A DNA stretch of 32,000 nt, taken from Ktedonobacterales bacterium (lineage in GTDB: Bacteria > Chloroflexota > Ktedonobacteria > Ktedonobacterales > JADMIN01). Location of the stretch: assembly GCA_030167145.1 (NCBI GenBank), contig CP126532.1, positions 3,360,001 to 3,392,000 of the forward strand, read 5' to 3'. The position numbers and the translations under genes were made by a program. Shown piece after piece: positions 8,767 through 14,152 of the stretch; the first letter of the stretch is position 1; each line of letters starts with the position of its first letter. The notes beneath the pieces are model-generated. The model worked only from the letters and a program-made list of their open reading frames with translations, ran no database searches and was not told the DNA's origin.

Positions 8767-9285
8767 CTAGAAGGGGATGTCAGCGGACTCGGCGCGCTTG
8801 GCGGCTTGCTGCTCCATCCACGCGGGGTAGTCGTCTATGGCGTCGAGGAGGGCGCTGGTGAGGTCTTCGCCGGAGTAGTTGATGGGTATGGCTTCGTGGT
8901 AGCTGTTGGGGCCGTAGACGCGCCAGGGGCGATAGCCCTGGAAGTAGCGATAGGCCAGTATCCACGGTTCGCCATGCACGGTTATGGTGACGATAGCGCC
9001 GGTGTTGTCGTCGTCTTCGCGCTGCTCGTCGTAGTCCACTTCGGCGGCGAGGGCGTGCATCAGTTCGGCGCTGAAGTGGTCGCGTACCAGGGCGGCGAGG
9101 TTGTTCATCGCGTCTTCGCGCTCCTGGGCGATCTGGCGGGCGCGGTGGGCTTCGGCTTCGGCGCGCTCCTCGGCGCGGACGCTGCGGCGCGCGGCTAGCA
9201 GGTCATCGAGCGTGGGACTGTGCGTGGGCGCTCCGGTCGCCGTGGTGGTCGTGGTCGTCGTGTTGTTTGATACGTGGTTGCTCAT
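8767..9285 (-). CDS. Hypothetical protein (172 aa) ending in an SSB-like DIPF tip
   Basis: I chose ATG 9285 because it forms an ATGA overlap with the stop of the upstream 53-aa ORF. The ORF track's longer 9369 start would overlap that ORF. Features are an N-terminal Thr run (NNTTTTTTTATG), a charged helical segment, a globular C-terminal half, and a terminus ...AKRAESADIPF. Confidence 0.65.
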   Translation of the reverse strand: MSNHVSNNTTTTTTTATGAPTHSPTLDDLLAARRSVRAEERAEAEAHRARQIAQEREDAMNNLAALVRDHFSAELMHALAAEVDYDEQREDDDNTGAIVTITVHGEPWILAYRYFQGYRPWRVYGPNSYHEAIPINYSGEDLTSALLDAIDDYPAWMEQQAAKRAESADIPF

Positions 9286-9443
9286 GGGAGTTGGTTCGTG
9301 CCTTTCTTGCTTGCTCGTTTCCGGGCAATGGGTCGGACGATAAAAAGCCATATGTCTAGGGCGACGCATGCTAGTGCGAGCAATGCGAGGATGAGCCAGC
9401 CAATCGCGTCTGCGATGTCGAGGATGTTCAGTAGGGTGTGCAT
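9282..9443 (-). CDS. Small single-TM protein (53 aa)
   Basis: ATG at 9443 with GGAG 13 nt upstream. The sequence is MHTLLNILDIADAIGWLILALLALACVALDIWLFIVRPIARKRASKKGTNQLP, one hydrophobic helix plus a basic tail. It is translationally coupled to the next gene (ATGA). Confidence 0.45.
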   Translation of the reverse strand: MHTLLNILDIADAIGWLILALLALACVALDIWLFIVRPIARKRASKKGTNQLP

Positions 9444-9466
9444 GCTAGTCGGTTGGCTCCGTTTGT

Positions 9467-9506
9467 GGTGAATGGCTGGCCGGTCGGTCAACTCCGCGCG
9501 GCCAGC
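9467..9506. promoter_or_regulatory. Intercistronic GC-rich hairpin (family F)
   Basis: The stem is GCTGGCCG (9475-9482) / CGGCCAGC (9499-9506) with a 16-nt loop. The lead-in is the same as at 8685. It is followed by ggtacgcgctacaaggg, which recurs at ~10358-10375. Confidence 0.4.
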
Positions 9507-9569
9507 GGTGAACCTACGGGTACGATCAGGGGAAACCAAGGGTGAACCTACAGGTACGCGCTACAAGGG

Positions 9570-10265
9570 TTAAAAGGGGATGGCTTCACAGGCGACAGGG
9601 TCGGCGGTTTCGGCGGTTTCGGCAGTGGTTGCGGTATCCGGCGCAGTGGGGTCTTCGGGTACAAGCTGCTTGGCGAGGAAGGCCAGCAGGGCGCAGGCGA
9701 TGTGCTGCGGCACGCCGTCTATCGTCACTCGCACGGCGTCCGGGTAGGGGTAGGCGCCGTCGTGTCCTGGTTGCTGGTGAAACACAATGCGGGTGTGTGA
9801 ACGGGGATAGCTCGGATGGGGTACGCCATCGAGTACGGTTTCGCCGTTCAGGGTGGTATGGCTCGCCGTCAGTGGTCGGGCGGCGTCCAGCAGTTCTGCT
9901 AACATCTCGGCGCTACGCTGCTCGCGGGCGTCTTGCTCACGCTTGATGCGTGTGGCCTCGGCGAGCACCTGCCGGTACTCTGGCCAGATGCGGCGCTCGA
10001 TCTCGCGCACGATGACGGCGGCTCCGCGACTACTGGCAACAGTGATGGTGGGTATGGTCATCCCGTGGGGATGTGTCAGGCCATCGGGTAGCCATACGTC
10101 CACCTGTGTGCGTGTGCCGTTGTCGCTGATGCTGAGGCGCTGGCCGTCTGGCCCACGGAAGACGGTTTTCCATCCATAGTCTTTATCCTGTTGCCAGCCA
10201 GCGCCAAGCTGTGTAAGGAATAGGGCGGCGTTCTCGTCGCTCAGGGTTCCAGAAATGTAGCTCAT
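9570..10265 (-). CDS. Hypothetical protein (231 aa) with a disordered acidic tail ending in AIPF
   Basis: I chose ATG 10265 because GAGGAG lies 11 nt upstream. The track's 10346 start adds an unlikely extension. The body is globular, followed by the tail PEDPTAPDTATTAETAETADPVACEAIPF. Confidence 0.65.
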   Translation of the reverse strand: MSYISGTLSDENAALFLTQLGAGWQQDKDYGWKTVFRGPDGQRLSISDNGTRTQVDVWLPDGLTHPHGMTIPTITVASSRGAAVIVREIERRIWPEYRQVLAEATRIKREQDAREQRSAEMLAELLDAARPLTASHTTLNGETVLDGVPHPSYPRSHTRIVFHQQPGHDGAYPYPDAVRVTIDGVPQHIACALLAFLAKQLVPEDPTAPDTATTAETAETADPVACEAIPF

Positions 10266-10474
10266 GGCTAGGTATGCTCCTCGGTGGTCGGGTTGGTGTT
10301 CTTGGTGATTCGGGTTGGATAGGCTGGCTGTGGCTCCGGTTGCCAAAGCCAGCGGGTACGCGCTACAGGGACAATGGTTGGTGGGTGGTGTCTCCTCCGC
10401 TCCGGTGCGCGTCCGTTAGGACTCTCCTTGCGCTGATGTATCTGCTGTCCAGCCCCGGCGCGGTGGGGTAGCTA

Positions 10475-10756
10475 TCAGGCGCGCTTACGTCGGGTACGCT
10501 TATCGCGTGCGTAGGCGCTCAGGTCGGCAAGGACTGTGCTCCCGCGCATGGCTTCTCGAAGCTCATTCGCTTCGGCTTCGGGGTCAAAATCGGCGAAGAG
10601 CGGCGGCGGTGGGTCGTCGGGTAGGTCCGTCCAGAGGTACAGGTTCATGCGGCGGGCGGCTCCGCAACGCAAGCAGATTTCGTAGGCGTCGGCGCATGCG
10701 GGGTTCCATTGGTGTCCGGTGGCCTTGCAAGCGGCTTTCTTGCCTTTGATAGCCAT
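10475..10756 (-). CDS. Small zinc-ribbon protein (93 aa)
   Basis: ATG at 10756 preceded by ACGGAGCGTACCAACC. The sequence MAIKGKKAACKATGHQWNPACADAYEICLRCG has a C..C..CxxC pattern, and the C-terminus is basic (KRTRRKRA). The track's upstream extension overlaps the previous gene. Confidence 0.6.
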   Translation of the reverse strand: MAIKGKKAACKATGHQWNPACADAYEICLRCGAARRMNLYLWTDLPDDPPPPLFADFDPEAEANELREAMRGSTVLADLSAYARDKRTRRKRA

Positions 10757-10799
10757 GGTTGGTACGCTCCGTTCTCGGTGGTTCAGGTGGTCGGTTCGG

Positions 10800-12164
10800 T
10801 TACTTCCAGATGGAAAATGGGCGATTGTCGCGGGCAAGTGGTGCGGTTTCGCGGTCGTAGGCTTCGGGGTCGTACTCCGCGCGCCACTCCTCATCACTGA
10901 GGCGGCGGGCGTCATTGGCTCGGCCTTCCTCGCGGTACTTGCGTTGGCGCAGCTGCTCGCGGCGGATCATGCGGCGGGCGGCGGCGGTGCTATCTTTGCT
11001 GCCGCGTGTGAGGAAGTGGGGCCGGTAATCGGGGGCGCCGGTTCCGGCATTGGCGCGGGCCGTGTGGAGCAGGCCGCGCCGGGCGGCGCAGTCGTCGCAG
11101 ATATATTCGCGGTCAAGCTCGCCGGTGGCCGCCGCGCCGCAATGGCAGCGGGGGATGATAAGCTGCTCGCCGGTGGTGGGATTAGAGTAGGCGCGTTCGA
11201 GGCACGAGAGGCAGTCGCCAAGCTGGGCTAGCTCCTCGGCGCTGATGGGGCCGCCGCAGGAGGGGCACGCCAGCAGGCCAGCGGGGGCAACGGTGATGGG
11301 GGACTCGGCGGCGGGGGCTGGCTCGACGGCAACCGGCGCGGGCGCTGGGACGGGGTCGGGTAGCGCAGGACCGCGCGGAACCCCGGCATACGAGGCAGGA
11401 TGACTCGTCGCCGGATCGCCCGCAGGCGACTCCCCCGCGTCGCTCGGCTCGGCTGCGCCACCATTGGGGGATGGTGGCTCCGGGTTGGGGTCGTCGTCGT
11501 TGCTTTCGATGCCAATGGCGATGCCAAGCTCGGCGGCGCGCATCTCGGCGTGCGTCATCCAGCGGGCCATAGGCGCAACGGGGTGGGCGATTTCGTCGGC
11601 GGTTGGCTCGCCAGCGAAATAGGCGCAGCGAGCGCAATAGCCGCGCGGGTCAGACTTGACATAATCGGCATCCTTAAAATCGGCATTGCAACGCCAGTGA
11701 CGGCAATAGGCCGGTGCGCGCTCTTCGACGACCACGGCAACTGGCGCGGGGGACTCGACCACGGCGGCGGCAACGGGAGGAACCACGGGGGCGGGGGCGC
11801 TGGCCGAAGCCTGGGCTGGGGCTGCGAGAACCCCAGCGGCGACGAGAAGATGCAACCGCACAAACGCGCAATGGGAGCAGGTGCCCGCGCGGCGGCAACC
11901 GGGGCAGGGGCAGACGAGACGCGCGCCAGCCACACGCACCACATAGGCCACGCCGGCGGAAGAACCGGACGCCACCACCCATGCGCTATCTGCGATGTGC
12001 TCGCCGGGAAGCTCGGCAAGCAGGGCGAGGGGGCGAGACAGGGCACGAAGGCCAGCACGGGCGACGGCGGCGGCGAGGGCGGCGGGCAGGCCAGACGGCA
12101 CGAACCCGGCGGGCAGGGACGGGGCAACGGTGGCGGGGGCGGTGATCGAAGCGGCTGCGCTCAT
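10800..12164 (-). CDS. SWIM zinc-finger and multi-zinc-ribbon protein (454 aa), first gene of the leftward operon
   Basis: ATG at 12164 with GAGGAG 9 nt upstream. There is a SWIM-like CxC...CxH motif (LVCPCPGCRRAGTCSHCAFV, nt ~11868-11915). Further Cys clusters are CRHWRCN...CARCAYF, CPSCGG...CLSC and CHCG...CDDC, separated by Ala/Pro linkers. The ORF-track model (to 12962) runs across the AT-rich region and tandem repeats, so I rejected that part. Confidence 0.7.
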   Translation of the reverse strand: MSAAASITAPATVAPSLPAGFVPSGLPAALAAAVARAGLRALSRPLALLAELPGEHIADSAWVVASGSSAGVAYVVRVAGARLVCPCPGCRRAGTCSHCAFVRLHLLVAAGVLAAPAQASASAPAPVVPPVAAAVVESPAPVAVVVEERAPAYCRHWRCNADFKDADYVKSDPRGYCARCAYFAGEPTADEIAHPVAPMARWMTHAEMRAAELGIAIGIESNDDDPNPEPPSPNGGAAEPSDAGESPAGDPATSHPASYAGVPRGPALPDPVPAPAPVAVEPAPAAESPITVAPAGLLACPSCGGPISAEELAQLGDCLSCLERAYSNPTTGEQLIIPRCHCGAAATGELDREYICDDCAARRGLLHTARANAGTGAPDYRPHFLTRGSKDSTAAARRMIRREQLRQRKYREEGRANDARRLSDEEWRAEYDPEAYDRETAPLARDNRPFSIWK

Positions 12165-12270
12165 GGCTAGATTCTCCTCGGCGAACATTAGATGCAAATG
12201 ACTATTTGATGATTCTATTGTCTCATATTTGATACAAAATGACAACATATAAACGTCGCAAATGTCGAAT
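12165..12270 (-). promoter_or_regulatory. AT-rich island: candidate promoter/operator for the leftward operon, or a DNA-unwinding element
   Basis: This is the only strongly AT-rich stretch inside the element (gatgcaaatgactatttgatgattctattgtctcatatttgatacaaaatgacaacatataaacg). On the minus strand it reads TTGTCA (12245-12240), a 17-nt spacer, then GACAAT (12222-12217). The direct repeats AAATGAC and ATTTGAT each occur twice. Confidence 0.4.
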
Positions 12271-12311
12271 GCGCGCGACGGGGCTGGGCTGCGCCTGGAC
12301 TCCGCGCCAGC

Positions 12312-12619
12312 GGGGGAACGCGGGGGCGGTGGTCGAGGACACTCGCGCCAGCTCGCGCCAGCCGGAAAACGCGGGGACGCCGAGACGCCCCTCGACCAGG
12401 GGCAGGAAAGCCGGAAAACGCGGGGGCAACCGACGCCCGGAGCCGACGCCCGGAGCCGACGCCCGGAGCCGGGAAACGCGGGGCACGCCAGAGCGCCAAA
12501 CGACGCCGAAAACGCGGAGGACGCCGAAAACGCGGAGGACGCCGACCCGCCGAAAAGGCGAAAAATGCGCTCGGCGAGAGCGCCAACCCGACGCCCAACC
12601 GCCGACGAAAACGCGCGTG
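12312..12619. repeat. Iteron-like array beside the AT-rich island
   Basis: There are at least 7 copies of G(G/A)AAACGCGG(G/A)G: 12312-12326, 12361-12376, 12410-12426, 12468-12483, 12502-12519, 12520-12537 and 12604-12619. Also present are 13-nt cgacgcccggagc x3 (12431-12469), 18-nt gacgccgaaaacgcggag x2.5 (12502-12546), and ctcgaccagggg at ~12390 and ~12663. Confidence 0.6.
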
Positions 12620-12795
12620 CGCTCGTCGAGCCGACGCCCGCCGCCGACGCCCAAAGCGCGCGCTCGACCAGGGGCCGAACGACAAGCAGGCGGAGGCCAC
12701 CACCACCCCAAACACCCTCAGAGGGTCTGCTCTCGTCCGCGCGGAGGCGCGGGGTCAAAAAAATTGCTCCCTCTGGTGGGTGGCAACAAGCAGAC

Positions 12796-13027
12796 GTAGT
12801 CCCGTTAGGGAAGCGCCCACCACCCGCGCAGATGCTCGGACGGAAAAAGAGCAAAGTCCCGTTAGGGAAACGGTAGCCATATGCGGAGATGCTCGGACGG
12901 TAGGATGCCCTCTCTTCTCTCGAAGAGAGAACGGGGTCAAAAACACCGTGCTGCTCAATCACGCATCCGCCCTATTGAGGGAAAGAGCAAAGTCCCGTTA
13001 GGGAAACGGTAGCCATATGCGGAGATG
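12796..13027 (+). repeat. Three spaced copies of a ~46-nt unit
   Basis: A perfect 46-mer, aaagagcaaagtcccgttagggaaacggtagccatatgcggagatg, occurs at 12846-12891 and 12982-13027. A diverged copy lies at 12796-12843 (gtagtcccgttagggaagcg...gcagatgctcggacgg). Each contains the mini-hairpin CCGTTagggaAACGG. Confidence 0.7.
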
Positions 13028-13553
13028 GTGGGGTGAGGAGATGCCGTAGTCCCCAACTCGCTGTACGGTGATGCTTCGCTGTGGCCTGTTCGCTTGCGGC
13101 GCTGCGGCATGCTTCGCGCAGATGTTGACTATACACACAGATGGTCGGTTGTACAGCGCACCATGCTGGCTTCGATGCGCCGCCTCGCAATGGCCTGTAT
13201 GTGCTTCTCCCCCGTCATTAAAAAAGCGCCGCAGCGCCGCGGTGGGTGTGGCCCCTACGGAATGGCCTGTGACCTCACCCTCCACGGAGATCTTTCAATT
13301 ACCGCAATGTCGAAGGGGCCACCCCACCGCGTTCCCGGAGGGAAAATCTTTAACCTCGCCACGCTGGGATGCTCACTATGCACGCGGATGCTGAGTCGTA
13401 CAGCGTCACTTGCTCGTGCAGCGTCCTATGAATCGCCGACGCGCCCGATCCCGTCACGCGCGTACCCTCCAACGCGCTAGGCTACACTGCTCCGCTTTAG
13501 CCTGTGGCCGTCGGACGGAATGCGATGCCGCAATGGCCTGCGCCGTGTGCGCT

Positions 13554-13835
13554 CCGCGTTGGTGGGTTCAATGATAGCCGTTCTGTTATTCGTAATCCCG
13601 CGCGGCAACCCGAGTTCTTGGATGATAATCGGGGCCGCGCGGTCTGTGTGGCAGGATGCCGGTATGGCTTGGCATGGGGTGCAGGGGTGTCCCCTGCCGC
13701 GCAGCGCGTACCCCCCAACTCGCTCTGTCGGTACGGCTCAACTCCGAGTTGGAGGTGACAACGATAGCTGTTCTGTTAGGGCAAGCGCAGCGCAGCCCCT
13801 CCGAGCCGTTCCGAGGAGGGGTGGGTGGTCGGGGG
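13554..13835 (+). repeat. Long direct repeat, right copy (partner at 7331-7567)
   Basis: See the left copy. This one also holds the hairpin CAGGGGtgtCCCCTG (~13682-13697) in the divergent spacer, and the 39-nt family C insertion. Confidence 0.8.
13782..13820 (-). repeat. Hairpin mini-element family C, copy 4 (inverted), at a filled site
   Basis: The reverse complement reads ccctcctcggaacggctcggaggggctgcgctgcgcttg. The flanks are ttaggg | element | gtgggtggtcggggg. The left repeat copy reads ttaggg-gtgggtggtcggggg without it (7547-7567). Confidence 0.7.
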
Positions 13836-14027
13836 TGGTCGGACGCCGCGATGCTCGGAAGCGGGTGGGATGGTCGGAGGGAACACATGGTGAACGGGGC
13901 GGGGGGTGGTGGGGCATATACTCAGCGGTGACATGCCCATCGTGAACTTGACAGGGTCGTTGGGCGTGTGGTAGATTTGTTCTAACGGTCGGTACTTTCC
14001 GTTGTTCTCGGTGGTTCGACGTGTAGT

Positions 14028-14088
14028 CGCCGCCTCGGCTCATTCCACTGGCATCCGTGCTGGTGTTGAGTTGGGGCGGCGCTTTTTT
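14028..14088 (+). terminator. Possible intrinsic terminator just upstream of the head operon
   Basis: CGCCGCCTC (14028-14036) can pair with GGGGCGGCG (14073-14081), followed by T6 (14083-14088). The 36-nt loop is long, so confidence is low. gcggcgcttttttatgac (14076-14093) is the near-exact inverted partner of 13214-13232. Confidence 0.3.
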
Positions 14089-14152
14089 ATGACACGTCGG
14101 CGGCGGTAGGCGGGTCTACGACGGGGATGGGCGAGGGGTCAGGTGAGGCGAT

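Noticed and set aside
12239-12876. Plus-strand ORFs of 186 and 204 aa over the iteron region
   Set aside because: Their sequences (RRTPKTRRTPKTRRTPT..., AENAEDAENAEDA...) are direct read-outs of tandem DNA repeats. There is no RBS and they overlap each other.
12165-12962. N-terminal 266 codons of the 720-aa ORF-track model (10800-12962)
   Set aside because: This part crosses the AT-rich island, the iteron array and the 46-nt repeats. It translates to Arg/Ser/Pro low complexity. A good RBS plus ATG at 12164 gives a coherent protein instead.
12972-13480. Small ORFs (72-128 aa, both strands) in the 13.0-13.5 kb moderately lower-GC stretch, considered as possible repressor or Cro genes
   Set aside because: They have no RBS, they are Cys/Arg-rich with no HTH pattern, and they overlap one another.
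6816-13590. tRNA-like T-arm (GGGTTCAATGA) in the family A repeats
   Set aside because: No complementary T-stem, acceptor stem or anticodon arm can be drawn around it. Six near-identical copies with the same flanks look like a repeat family, not tRNA genes.
6575-13627. Fur-box-like hexamers (GGATGATAATC, GGGATTATCC, TTATCATCC) in families A and B
   Set aside because: Only 9-10 nt match the 19-bp GATAATGATAATCATTATC consensus, and no full palindrome is present. The link to the His-rich capsid protein is tempting but unsupported.
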